Source: Waterburya sp. (lineage in GTDB: Bacteria > Cyanobacteriota > Cyanobacteriia > Cyanobacteriales > Xenococcaceae). From it: a stretch of DNA of 64,000 nt. The notes below the pieces were generated by a model. That model did no database searches, had not been told where the DNA came from, and saw only the letters and a program-made list of their open reading frames with translations. Position 1 is the first letter of the stretch; each line of letters begins with the position of its first letter. Position numbers and translations under genes: made by a program. The stretch is taken from positions 2,400,001 through 2,464,000 of the forward strand of contig CBDCJV010000002.1 in NCBI GenBank assembly GCA_965217895.1, given 5' to 3'. This document shows positions 38,558 to 48,768 of this stretch, piece by piece.

Positions 38558-39358
38558 ATGGATTTTGGCATAAAAGACAAGGTAGCTGTAATTACTGGAG
38601 GAGACTCTGGCATGGGCAGGGCAACAGCCAAGTTGCTAGCAGCTGAGGGCGTTAAAATTGCTTTAATAGACAAAACTAACGATGAATTAAATACAACCGC
38701 AGCAGAAATTAACAAGATTGGTGAAGCAATATCAGTAACCGCAGATTTAAGAAACTTAGAAGCAGTTGAAGCAGCAAAACAACAGATACTTGAGCATTAT
38801 GGCACGGTTCATATTTTAGTTAACTGCGCTGGGATAACAGGTTCAACCAAAGAATTTTTGAGTTTAACCGATGAAGACTGGTACGAAACTATCGATGTTG
38901 ATTTTATGTCTGCGGTAAGGATGTGTAGAGCCTTTATTCCCTCCATGCAAAAAGAAGGCTGGGGCAGAATTGTCCTCATTGGTTCAGAAGATGCCGTGCA
39001 GCCATACACCGATGAGATGCCTTACTGTGCAGCCAAAGCTGGAATACTCAATTTAACCAAAAACCTATCTAAAGCCTTTGCTAAGGACGGTATTTTGATT
39101 AACTCAGTTTCTCCTGCCTATATTGCCACGCCAATGACTGATGCCATGATGGAAAAACGAGCAAAAGAAAAAGGGATGAGTTTTGATGAGGCAATTGAAA
39201 CTTTCCTAGATGAAAAACGCCCTCACTTAGAATTACGTCGTCGAGGCAAAGCGCAAGAGGTAGCTGCGGTAATTGCCTTTCTTTGTTCTCAACATTCAAG
39301 CTTTGTTGTGGGTGCAAATTATCGAGTTGATGGTGGTTCTGTAGCTACCGTTGGTTAA
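38558..39358 (+). CDS. SDR family oxidoreductase
   Basis: TGGDSGMG, NCAG, YCAAK, VDGG. Confidence 0.92.
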   Translation: MDFGIKDKVAVITGGDSGMGRATAKLLAAEGVKIALIDKTNDELNTTAAEINKIGEAISVTADLRNLEAVEAAKQQILEHYGTVHILVNCAGITGSTKEFLSLTDEDWYETIDVDFMSAVRMCRAFIPSMQKEGWGRIVLIGSEDAVQPYTDEMPYCAAKAGILNLTKNLSKAFAKDGILINSVSPAYIATPMTDAMMEKRAKEKGMSFDEAIETFLDEKRPHLELRRRGKAQEVAAVIAFLCSQHSSFVVGANYRVDGGSVATVG

Positions 39359-39370
39359 TTTATCAAAAAA

Positions 39371-39570
39371 GCTTTTAGCCTTTAGCTTTTAGCTTTTAGC
39401 CTTGGTTTAACTTCCAAAAGCGCATTGCGAGACAGTTACGTTGCGCGGGTTTCCCGCGTTGAGTAAACTGTCGAGGGCGGGTTCAAGACCCCACCGTCTG
39501 CACGGTGTCTACGATCGCCCAATTGTTCAAGACTATGTTTGATCGAGCTAAGAGCTAAGAGCTAATAGCT
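39371..39570. repeat. Element with inverted heptamer arms enclosing a GC-rich hairpin module
   Basis: (TTTTAGC)n left, (GCTAAGA)n right; GACAGTT...AACTGTC stem inside. Confidence 0.65.
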
Positions 39571-39590
39571 GGGCGAAGCCCTTTATTTTA

Positions 39591-39617
39591 GTAGGGGCGA
39601 ACGTTCGTTCGCCCCTA
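39591..39617. repeat. GTAG-type REP-like palindrome
   Basis: TAGGGGCGAACG / CGTTCGCCCCTA. Confidence 0.75.
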
Positions 39618-39626
39618 GGTATTTGC

Positions 39627-40820
39627 CTAAGACAAGATAATTGCCACGGGAAAAGTTACCGTAAAAGTAGAGCCTTGTTCAAGTTGGGAAACTAAATCAA
39701 CTTTGCCTTGTAGCAGCTTGACTAGCTTTTCGACAATGGCTAATCCTAAGCCAGTGCCGTCGTCAGAAGGATCGCTCTTTGAACTAGCTCGATAATAAGG
39801 TTCAAAAATATGGGTTTGTACTTCTGGGCTAATGCCGATGCCTGTATCTTCAACCACAATCGACCATCGATCGTGATCGTCGCTTTTACAGGTAATTCTT
39901 ATAGTTCCTGATTCGGTGTAGCGAATAGCGTTGCTAACCAGATTAGTAAGCACCTGCTGTAGTCTTAATGAATCGGTTTGTACCAATTTAGGAGCATCAT
40001 TACCATCAAAAATTATTTCCAGATTTTTTTGATTGGCAGAAGGTTCAAAAGCCTCTGTAACTCCAAGAATTAGCGATCGCAAATCGATTGATTCTAATTT
40101 TAACGGTATTTTACCCATTTCATAACGGGATATTTCCAGCACGTCGTTAATCAAACGCAGCAGTTGTTTGCTATTTTTAATAACTTTTCTGGTCATTTGT
40201 AGATCCAGAGCATTTTCTCCCTGGGCAGATCTTTGTTGTTGCTGCATCAAAAGGTTAGAAAAGCCCATTATAGAATTGAGGGGAGACTTGAGTTCATGAG
40301 CCAAATGAGCCAAATCTTCTTTTTGTGTTTCTATCAAGCGCGTTAATTCTTGATTGGTTAGTACCAGTTGACCTCTTAGTTGCCTGAATTCTTCTAATCG
40401 CGCATCTACATAGCTATCTAGAGACAAAGAAACAACATGGTCTATTACTGAGTCAATAAGCTCGATTGTCTGAAACATTTCATCTCTAGAGCCAGTTAGT
40501 AAGTCTGGCTTCAGGATTGCAAAAATAATTTTCCGTAATAAACTATATTCCCGCATAATTTCAGCCACGTCATAGCCCTGTTCGGCTCTGATAAATCCAT
40601 GCTCTAAACCACCATTTTGTAGCTGTTGCGGTTTATCGGTTATGGAATCTGAGAGTAAACTAGCCAGTGCTTCTATCACTAGAGGAATGCTGTCTCGTAC
40701 CGATGTATGGGCAAGACCTTTAGAGCTTTTGATGTCTATATCTTGGCGAATGGTTTCGATCCAACTTTCAACGATGGTGTCGGTTTTTGCTAGCAGAATC
40801 TTGCCAATATCGTTGCTCAA
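39627..40820 (-). CDS. Soluble sensor histidine kinase with RsbRD-N-like helical N-domain
   Basis: AHELKSPL H-box, NLVSNAIRYT, DTGIGI, GTGLGL; HG..R..QGYD..E..REY in N-terminus. Confidence 0.88.
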   Translation of the reverse strand: MSNDIGKILLAKTDTIVESWIETIRQDIDIKSSKGLAHTSVRDSIPLVIEALASLLSDSITDKPQQLQNGGLEHGFIRAEQGYDVAEIMREYSLLRKIIFAILKPDLLTGSRDEMFQTIELIDSVIDHVVSLSLDSYVDARLEEFRQLRGQLVLTNQELTRLIETQKEDLAHLAHELKSPLNSIMGFSNLLMQQQQRSAQGENALDLQMTRKVIKNSKQLLRLINDVLEISRYEMGKIPLKLESIDLRSLILGVTEAFEPSANQKNLEIIFDGNDAPKLVQTDSLRLQQVLTNLVSNAIRYTESGTIRITCKSDDHDRWSIVVEDTGIGISPEVQTHIFEPYYRASSKSDPSDDGTGLGLAIVEKLVKLLQGKVDLVSQLEQGSTFTVTFPVAIILS

Positions 40821-40910
40821 GGAATATTACCAAATCATATATTTGCTAACTTATTACAATAATACCTATATCTATCTGATGTCAAACAGCTAGGCGTTGG
40901 TGATTTAACT

Positions 40911-41021
40911 TATAGTCATTCCAATTAATTTCCGCAGGTTTATCTGTGGTAGAAGGCAGAAGGTTTACGCTTAACTGCTACAGTTTTTTTATCTATATGG
41001 TTTCTATTTAGAATGACTATA
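40911..41021. mobile_element. 111-bp MITE
   Basis: TATAGTCATTCCAATTA / TATTTAGAATGACTATA, 15/17 inverted match. Confidence 0.65.
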
Positions 41022-41119
41022 AATGTCGAAAAGAATTCCCTTATGTTCTATAGCTTAGGGATGAATTTTCGATCAGTTAAATTATTTTAGAGCTTACAGC
41101 CTATAGCTTATAACTTTTT

Positions 41120-42343
41120 CTAAGACAGTCCCTTTAGCTGAGTTGTGACAACTTTTAATTTCAAAGTGCGATCGCTGCGTTTCACGGTAAACTGTAGGCT
41201 TTGATTTAGGTTACTGCTGTCCACAACCGACTGTAATTGACCTGCATCGGTAATTGTTTGACCATCAATAGCTACAATTACGTCTCCCAGTCGCAAACCT
41301 GCTTTTTCGGCTGGTGTATTGGGTAAAACTCTAACGATCAATACCCCATTTGTTTCGGGAATAGCAAAAGGAGAATTAGGATTTTGGTTGTTTTTTTGAG
41401 CCAACTCAGGAGTTAGACTTCGCATCTGCACACCAATATAAGGATGGGGAACTTGTTTACCCGCAATCAGAGTATCAGTAATGGATTTTACTTTGTCAAT
41501 GGGAATAGCAAAGCCGATGCCGTTAGCATCAGGACGAATAGCTGTATTAATACCAATCACGTCCCCCTGTTCATTGAGTAATGGTCCGCCAGAGTTACCA
41601 GGATTGATAGCTGCATCGGTTTGCAAAAAGTCAATTTTCTTGTCGGGGATACCAACCTCAGCCGAGGAACGAGTTAAAGTACTAATAATGCCCAAGGTAA
41701 CGGTATTGTCCAAGCCCACAGGGTTTCCCACAGCGATCGCCCAGTCTCCGACTCGAACATCACCAGAGCTACCTAATACAGCGATCGGCAGATCTTCGCC
41801 TGGATCGTCAATTTTTACTACCGCCAAATCAGTTACCTCGTCAGTGCCTTTAACCACCCCTACAAATTCTCGTCCGTCTTTGAGAGTTACGGTCACTCGA
41901 TCTGCACCACTAACTACATGGGCGTTAGTTAAAATCGTGCCGTCTTTTTGGGTAATAAAGCCCGAACCTTGTCCTCGTAACTGCCTTTGTCTGGGCATTT
42001 GTTCCCCAAGGCGATCGCCAAAAAATTCCCGAAAGAAAGGATCTTGAAACATGGGATCTATTTTGGTGGCAATAGTTTTCTCTGTATCAATTCTAACTAC
42101 GGCTGCTCCAGTCTTGGCTACTGCTGCTGCCACGAAACTAGTAGAAGCTTTGGCAACAGGTGCTTGTGCTTGAATTTGTGGTTGAGGGGTAAGGGTAATA
42201 GTATTTTGTTTAGTTTGGGAATCTATAGGCAAGGTGTCTGCCTTTGAAGACATCACTCTAATACTGCTAAAAGTTAAAATAACTCCTAAAAAAAGGGCTA
42301 TGGCATGACTAGCCACTTTACCTAGAAATCGCTGCTTGGTCAT
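41120..42343 (-). CDS. HtrA/HhoA/HhoB serine protease with PDZ domain
   Basis: TNAHVV, DLAV, DAAINPGNSGGPL, C-terminal PDZ. Confidence 0.93.
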   Translation of the reverse strand: MTKQRFLGKVASHAIALFLGVILTFSSIRVMSSKADTLPIDSQTKQNTITLTPQPQIQAQAPVAKASTSFVAAAVAKTGAAVVRIDTEKTIATKIDPMFQDPFFREFFGDRLGEQMPRQRQLRGQGSGFITQKDGTILTNAHVVSGADRVTVTLKDGREFVGVVKGTDEVTDLAVVKIDDPGEDLPIAVLGSSGDVRVGDWAIAVGNPVGLDNTVTLGIISTLTRSSAEVGIPDKKIDFLQTDAAINPGNSGGPLLNEQGDVIGINTAIRPDANGIGFAIPIDKVKSITDTLIAGKQVPHPYIGVQMRSLTPELAQKNNQNPNSPFAIPETNGVLIVRVLPNTPAEKAGLRLGDVIVAIDGQTITDAGQLQSVVDSSNLNQSLQFTVKRSDRTLKLKVVTTQLKGLS

Positions 42344-42522
42344 TATTTTTAATTAACTTAAATATTTTTGAATTAATCATACGTTTTAATCATAGCTTGA
42401 CTAAATATCCGCCTGCTATGACTAGAACAACGATAATTAGCTTTTTTAGGATTTTGCTTCTACTTGCAATCTTATAGCCATAAGTTCTAAGCTTTAAGCC
42501 ATAGGTTGATGACAATTAATTC

Positions 42523-44136
42523 TTGGCAATGGTAAGTAATAGTTCGACTAGTTATGCAATAGATTTTGGTACAAGCAATACGGCGATCGCTCGCTGGAAT
42601 TCAGCAACGGAAAAAGCAGAACTAGTTACCTTACCTAATTTATCGCAGCAGCTTAGTTCTCTTCCGCCTCTTATTCCTAGCTTGGTATACGTAGAGGATG
42701 CAGCTACAGGCAAAATTATTGCTGGACAAGGAGTGCGCGATCGCGGTTTGGATATTCAAAGCAACCCCCGTTTTTTTCGCAGTTTTAAGCGCGGAATTGG
42801 TACAGATATTCAGGGCTTTTTACCTCAACTCGACGGCAGAAATTTATCTTTTGAACAGGTTGGCGAATGGTTTTTAAGAGAATTGATTACCAGCCTACGA
42901 GGGGAAACGGAAGAAGATCTCCAATCATTAGTTTTAACTGTCCCCGTCGATAGTTTTGAATCTTACCGCCATTGGCTGATGGGGGTATGTCAGTCTTTAA
43001 AAGTAGAGCAAATTAGAATCCTCGATGAGCCGACTGCTGCTGCTTTAGGCTATGGTGCAGGGGCAGAAGAATTACTGTTGGTGGTAGATTTTGGTGGAGG
43101 AACAATTGATTTGTCTCTAGTGCAGCTATCGTCCACCAGCCCTCAAAGCGGCTATCTCCTCAAGTGGGGACGAAAAATGTTAGGGGAAAATACGGCACAG
43201 CAAAAAAATACGGCGCGGGTAATTGCCAAGGTGGGAGACAATTTGGGGGGAGCAGATATTGATAATTGGCTGGTAGATTATTTTGCCACCACCCAAGCTT
43301 TGCCTAAATCTGCTTTAACGACTCGTTTGGCAGAAAGATTGAAAATTAAGCTGACCAAAGAAACAGAAGCACAAGAGGTTTACTTCAACGATGAAACCTT
43401 GGAAACCTATGAGCTAGCTTTAGACCGCGATCGCTTTAACAATATTTTAGAGCAGCAGCAGTTTTTTAACCGACTTGATGAGCTAATGACTCAGGTTTTG
43501 CAACAGGCTAGGCGTAATGGCGTAGAAACTACTGACATTGATTCAGTCTTATTGGTGGGTGGCTCAGTACAAATACCTGCCGTCCAAAATTGGGTCAGGC
43601 AGTATTTTGATGAAGATTTGATAAAGAATCAACAGCCCTTAGAAGCGATCGCTACTGGGGCATTACAGGTATCTCGAAGCATTGAGGTAAAAGACTTTCT
43701 CTATCATAGCTACGGTATTCGCTACTGGAATCGGCAAACAAATAGTCATGGTTGGCATCCGATTATTAAAACAGGACAGCCTTATCCCACAGAGAAACCA
43801 GTAGAGATAGTTTTGGGTGCTTCTACTCCAGGGCAAAGCAGTATTGAGTTAATTATTGGTGAACTGAGTGCAGCCACCGCCACCACAGAAGTTTATTTTG
43901 ATGGCGATCGCTTAATTACTAAGGCTGTAGATACTCTCGGCGATCGGGTACAGCCGTTAAACGATCGAGATGGGGCAAGGACAATTGCTCAACTTGAGCC
44001 TCAAGGCAATCCTGGGAGCGATCGCCTTCAGCTTTTGTTTAGCGTTGACGAGCAAAGGCATTTGCGTATTACCGTTGAAGACCTATTAACCCAGCAAACT
44101 TTACTAAATAATTACATAGTGGTCAAGCTAAATTAA
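42523..44136 (+). CDS. Hsp70-family protein (atypical, short)
   Basis: IDFGTSNT, DEPTAAALGY, DFGGGT.D, LGG.DID, LVGGS. Confidence 0.88.
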   Translation: MAMVSNSSTSYAIDFGTSNTAIARWNSATEKAELVTLPNLSQQLSSLPPLIPSLVYVEDAATGKIIAGQGVRDRGLDIQSNPRFFRSFKRGIGTDIQGFLPQLDGRNLSFEQVGEWFLRELITSLRGETEEDLQSLVLTVPVDSFESYRHWLMGVCQSLKVEQIRILDEPTAAALGYGAGAEELLLVVDFGGGTIDLSLVQLSSTSPQSGYLLKWGRKMLGENTAQQKNTARVIAKVGDNLGGADIDNWLVDYFATTQALPKSALTTRLAERLKIKLTKETEAQEVYFNDETLETYELALDRDRFNNILEQQQFFNRLDELMTQVLQQARRNGVETTDIDSVLLVGGSVQIPAVQNWVRQYFDEDLIKNQQPLEAIATGALQVSRSIEVKDFLYHSYGIRYWNRQTNSHGWHPIIKTGQPYPTEKPVEIVLGASTPGQSSIELIIGELSAATATTEVYFDGDRLITKAVDTLGDRVQPLNDRDGARTIAQLEPQGNPGSDRLQLLFSVDEQRHLRITVEDLLTQQTLLNNYIVVKLN

Positions 44137-44502
44137 CGAAGCATACTGTAATATGTACTTAAGTAAAAATCAGGGTGTTAATCACCTGTAATTCTAGCAA
44201 TTATAAGTATTCTACCTAAAATTTGCTTATTTAAAAAGGCTATAGGTCTAATTACACAAAAATTGATTTTGGTTAAATTTTTTTAAATGATATTTGATAT
44301 TTATAAAGTAAACTGGCTGATTAATTTAGACCAATCTAACTTAATTAGTCAAAATTAATCTCAATTTAAGCGATTTTTAGGTTATCATTACTTAGTTTAA
44401 TTGCAATTACCTAGTAATAACTACTGATTAAGCATAAAACCAAAAGTTAAGCGTGACAGCACTCATGCTGAAAAAGTATACATAAAAAATATTAGATAAA
44501 CG

Positions 44503-45306
44503 ATGAAGTCTAAGCGAGTAAACATATTAAATATTCCTATTGATGATATAGGCAAACATAAGCTTTTAGAAAAACTCAAAATGGGTGGAGTGGTGTTTAC
44601 GCCAAACGTAGATCACCTAGTTAAGCTGCAAAAAAATTCAGAATTCTACCAAGCATATCAAGAAGCTGATTATCGAGTCTGCGATAGTCAATTAATTATG
44701 TTTGCTTCACGTTTTTTGGGACAACCCATTAGGGAAAAGATTTCTGGCTCTGATTTGTTTCCTGCTTTTTATCAACGTTACGGTAAAGATGAAAGCGTTA
44801 AGCTGTTTTTACTTGGTGGCTTAGAAGGAGTGGCACACAAGGCTAGTGATAATATCAATGCCAAAGTTGGTCGCAACATGGTGGTAGATAATTATTGCCC
44901 ACCTTTTGGTTTTGAAGAAGATCCTGCTGAGTGCCAAAAAATCATTGAAATTATTAATGCTTCAGAGGCAAATGTATTAGCTATTGGAGTTGGTGCGCCG
45001 AAGCAGGAAATCTGGATCGCTCAGCATCGAGCTAAGATGACAAACATAAAAACTTTCTTGGCGATTGGAGCTACCTTAGACTTTGAGGCAGGTACTTTAA
45101 AAAGAGCGCCTGCTTGGATGAGTTCAGCGGGTTTGGAATGGCTTTACAGACTAATAAAAGAGCCTGTTAGGCTTTGGAAAAGATATTTAATCGAAGATAC
45201 AAGCTTTTTTATTTTAATATTACGCCAAAAATTTCACCTAGATAATAAACGAAATTTTTCAAGCAAAAAAGGTATGCTTGAATCTAGTCCCGTTGGCAGA
45301 GAGTAA
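44503..45306 (+). CDS. WecB/TagA/CpsF glycosyltransferase
   Basis: TPNVDH, SGSDL, GVGAPKQE, RAP.WM...GLEWLYRL. Confidence 0.92.
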   Translation: MKSKRVNILNIPIDDIGKHKLLEKLKMGGVVFTPNVDHLVKLQKNSEFYQAYQEADYRVCDSQLIMFASRFLGQPIREKISGSDLFPAFYQRYGKDESVKLFLLGGLEGVAHKASDNINAKVGRNMVVDNYCPPFGFEEDPAECQKIIEIINASEANVLAIGVGAPKQEIWIAQHRAKMTNIKTFLAIGATLDFEAGTLKRAPAWMSSAGLEWLYRLIKEPVRLWKRYLIEDTSFFILILRQKFHLDNKRNFSSKKGMLESSPVGRE

Positions 45307-45356
45307 TCAATGCTAACGCGATCGCGCCTAAGCTTCAAACTGGAGACAGTGTTTGT

Positions 45357-46577
45357 TTAATAGTCTAAAGCCTCAACTCTAAGACTACCATCTGCTTCAA
45401 TCCAAATTAATTGTTTAATACGACAGGTTTGAGCATATCGTCTAACTGCTGCTGGCGATCGTTCTCCTAGGTCAATTTCTATCTTGAGGGGAGCATTTTC
45501 TTTTCTCAGTTTGCGAGCATATTTAAGCGCAGCAGCCTCTGCTTCTGTGGTAGTAGGAATAACCAGACAATCACTGCTAGGAGCTTGTTGAGGCAGTTTA
45601 TCTGTAGATAACAAGCTCGAATGCAAATCTTCAATCGAGAGAGAAAAGCCAATTCCAGGAGATGATTTTCCTTGAGGATCGTATAGCCCCAGCAGTTGAT
45701 CGTAACGTCCACCTTTGGCTAAAACATAAGACTGATGGTCTTGAAAACAAACGGCTTTAAAAACAATACCTGTATAGTAATCAAAGGTTTGTAGTAAACT
45801 AAGATCTAAGGTTAAAGGTAAAGGCTGCTCTGAACTACTATTAAGTAATTCAATTAAAGATTTGAGATTATTAACTATTTCTCTGGCGGCAGGATCTAAA
45901 TCGAGAGTAGAAACTTTACTTAAAACAGCTTCTGGTTTACCCCGCAAATCAAATAAAAATAAAGCCTGAGCTTTTAAATCTGCATCTAACTCTAAATTCT
46001 CTAAGGTAATGCGGTCAAGATTAGCAATACATTGACGTACTGAGGAACGAATCGATTCAGGAAATGCCGATAGGAGCGATCGCGTTAATCCTGCCTCTCC
46101 TAACAAAATAGACCAATCTGGCGTACCTAACTTATATAGGCAGTCCGCTAGCAAAAGAATTATTTCTGCATCAGCTAAGACACCACCAGCAAAAAGTAGC
46201 TCAACTCCAGCCTGATAAAATTCTAGCTGCCGACCATGATGGCTTTGGGGTGGATTACGAAATACATTGGCACGATAGCAAAGACGCTGAGGATAAGTGC
46301 TGCTGGCCATGCGTGTCACTGCTGCACGAGCGATCGAAGCAGTTAGTTCAGGACGTAGACCCAAAGAGCTTTCGCCGTTATTGCGTAGCTGAATCACTTT
46401 AGACGGCTGTATTGCACCACCTGCCGTTAAAGTATCTAGCCACTCTAGGGTAGAGGTGACAATACGCTGATAACCCCATGTTTGAAACGTGTGCTGTAGA
46501 CGGTCATTGATCCAGCGTTTCTGTTCTACTTCTAAGGGTAATAAATCTCTAGCTCCAGCAGGGGTTTGATAAATCAT
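45357..46577 (-). CDS. hisZ: ATP phosphoribosyltransferase regulatory subunit
   Basis: G.RDLLP, LRPELTASIAR, EFYQAGVEL, YYTG, GGRYD. Confidence 0.92.
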   Translation of the reverse strand: MIYQTPAGARDLLPLEVEQKRWINDRLQHTFQTWGYQRIVTSTLEWLDTLTAGGAIQPSKVIQLRNNGESSLGLRPELTASIARAAVTRMASSTYPQRLCYRANVFRNPPQSHHGRQLEFYQAGVELLFAGGVLADAEIILLLADCLYKLGTPDWSILLGEAGLTRSLLSAFPESIRSSVRQCIANLDRITLENLELDADLKAQALFLFDLRGKPEAVLSKVSTLDLDPAAREIVNNLKSLIELLNSSSEQPLPLTLDLSLLQTFDYYTGIVFKAVCFQDHQSYVLAKGGRYDQLLGLYDPQGKSSPGIGFSLSIEDLHSSLLSTDKLPQQAPSSDCLVIPTTTEAEAAALKYARKLRKENAPLKIEIDLGERSPAAVRRYAQTCRIKQLIWIEADGSLRVEALDY

Positions 46578-46634
46578 TTCAGGTTAAGTACAGATTCAGT
46601 TTCGACGTTGCAGGCAACATCTACTTGTGCCATC

Positions 46635-47645
46635 TTACTTTTTTTTCGACCCAAAAAAACCACTAAAGAAACCACTATTACCTTGCTTATCATTTGACTT
46701 TTGAGCAGACCCAGGTTGAGAAGTTTTAGATTTGCTGGCTACTTTGCCAAGTTTATCTAATGCCTTTTTGCTTTCGATGACGGTAGCATTGTGCGGATCT
46801 GCTTTGCAAGCTTTGTCAATATGTACTTTTGCCATGGTCAACTGTCTTTTGTGCAGATAGGTTTTACCTATGACGGCGTGAGCAACGCCGTGATTGGGAT
46901 CGATTCTCAACGCATCTCGCAACTCTGTAACAGCCCGATCAAATTCTCCTCTTGAGATGTATTGTTGAGCGCGATCGACAAAAGCATCAACTCTTGATTC
47001 AGGAGTAGGCTCTTCTGTCTTAGCTGTAGTCTGAGAAGATAAATCTTGTGCTTGAGTGACCGTACTTTTGCTTTGAGGAATGGTTTGCTTATCTTGATTG
47101 GGTTTTGCCTTAGCAGAAGAATTCAAGCTTTGTTTAATTTTGCTTTGAGGTACAAACTCTGCCGCGCGATCGCATTTCAACATCAGATAAACTAAATTCA
47201 GTTCGCTGATCCTGCCTATATCTTTTGTAATTTGTTCTAAAGATTGGTAATGATCGACGGTCAGTTTTTTTAATAGTTGGGGATAAATCAACTCAGCACC
47301 ATTGCCAGCCTGCAATAGTTCCTCTGCCAGTTCACTTTTTACGTTTATTTTTGCTTTATTCTCCGCTAGGCGTTTGCCAACCTGGGTTAATACTAGTTGA
47401 TGTTCGGCAAAATCGGCTTTTCGCGATAGCTGTTCATAGGCTGGATTGACTAACTTAGACAAAATTTGACCTGCCATCTTGACTTTAGATTCATCCAGGC
47501 GACATTTATCTGGATGAAGTTTTTGAGCAATTTTTAAATATTTTAACCGAATCTGTTTAGGATCGGCGTCTATGGATACGCCAAGGATTGCATGGTGATC
47601 GATTATTTTGAGCTTGAAAAGTCCCTGATTAATGGCAAAAGACAT
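46635..47645 (-). CDS. J-domain and TPR protein
   Basis: LHPDK J-domain motif; C-terminal TPR-like helices. Confidence 0.85.
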   Translation of the reverse strand: MSFAINQGLFKLKIIDHHAILGVSIDADPKQIRLKYLKIAQKLHPDKCRLDESKVKMAGQILSKLVNPAYEQLSRKADFAEHQLVLTQVGKRLAENKAKINVKSELAEELLQAGNGAELIYPQLLKKLTVDHYQSLEQITKDIGRISELNLVYLMLKCDRAAEFVPQSKIKQSLNSSAKAKPNQDKQTIPQSKSTVTQAQDLSSQTTAKTEEPTPESRVDAFVDRAQQYISRGEFDRAVTELRDALRIDPNHGVAHAVIGKTYLHKRQLTMAKVHIDKACKADPHNATVIESKKALDKLGKVASKSKTSQPGSAQKSNDKQGNSGFFSGFFGSKKK

Positions 47646-47828
47646 AGGAAATATAAATATAAATATAATTTACAGATATATACATCTGTAATCATGGAAA
47701 TGCTAATCACAATACCAACTGTATTTTTATAGTTCCCCAAAATCCCCCTAGAACTAACAGAATTCTTAAATGACTAGAGAAAAATTAAGCTGCTAATTAT
47801 TGACTATTTAGTCTGTCAAAATTGTTTT

Positions 47829-47936
47829 GAGGAGTAATTGGGGTAGTGAGGTGTTTGGAGTAGTGGGGTGTTTGGGGTAATAGATAATACTTCTCCATCT
47901 CCTCTACTCCTCTAACTCTTATAACTGCTTTAACTA
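47829..47936. repeat. Short degenerate tandem repeats, purine block followed by pyrimidine block
   Basis: GTAGTGRGGTGTTTGG twice, then ACTCCTCTA-like 9-mers. Confidence 0.45.
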
Positions 47937-47940
47937 TGCC

Positions 47941-48768
47941 CTACGATTTCCATGATGCTAAAGGCGGAGTTTGAAGTAGAGCTTTACTTAAACTGTCATG
48001 AATCAAGCCATTAGTAGCTAAAATACGACCAGAACTAATATCTAAAGGACTACCATCATAGGCGGTAATTTTCCCCCCTGCTTCGGCTAAAATCACAATT
48101 CCTGCTGCCATATCCCAAGGCTGAATGCCTCTCTCCCAATATCCATCTAATCTACCGCAGGCAACCCCTGCCAAATCCATTGAAGCACAGCCAAGGCGAC
48201 GCACCCCCTGAGTTAAATGAGTCAGATGACAAAATTCAGCATAGTTATTGTCACTGGTTTCTCGGCGATCGTAGGCAAAGCCAGTAATCAGAAGGCTTCT
48301 GTTTAATTCTTTAGTAACAGAAACTTGAATCGGACGACGATTACAGGTTGCCCCCAAACCTGTAGCAGCGCGGAATAGTTCATCACTAAAAGGATTATAA
48401 ACTGCACCTACAGCAGGAACTCCCTCGATCATTAATCCCACAGAGGTTGCTGCCATTGGCAAACCATGAGCATAGTTAGTTGTTCCGTCTAGCGGATCGA
48501 TCGCCCAAAGATATTCGCTATCAGCATTACCTAATGATCCTGACTCTTCCGCCAATATTTGATGATTTGGCAAGTGACGTTTCAATACTTTTAAAACTGC
48601 TGCTTCTGCTAGCTTATCGGCTTCGGTGACCAAATCTCCTGGACGACCTTTTTCTTGAATATCAGTTAATTTACCCCAACGTTCTTTTAATACCGCTCCC
48701 GCAGCTAAGACTGATTCGGTAGCAACATCTAAAAATATTTGTAGTTGTTCGGTAGAAGGTTGAGTCAT
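47941..48768 (-). CDS. Inositol monophosphatase family protein
   Basis: DLVTEAD, AEES, WAIDPLDGTTNY, PWDMAAG. Confidence 0.92.
   Translation of the reverse strand: MTQPSTEQLQIFLDVATESVLAAGAVLKERWGKLTDIQEKGRPGDLVTEADKLAEAAVLKVLKRHLPNHQILAEESGSLGNADSEYLWAIDPLDGTTNYAHGLPMAATSVGLMIEGVPAVGAVYNPFSDELFRAATGLGATCNRRPIQVSVTKELNRSLLITGFAYDRRETSDNNYAEFCHLTHLTQGVRRLGCASMDLAGVACGRLDGYWERGIQPWDMAAGIVILAEAGGKITAYDGSPLDISSGRILATNGLIHDSLSKALLQTPPLASWKS

Noticed and set aside
41481..42047. Long antisense ORFs (also those inside uvrC, wzc, DUF58, cphA2 and the caspase gene)
   Set aside because: Codon-mirror shadows of well-supported genes
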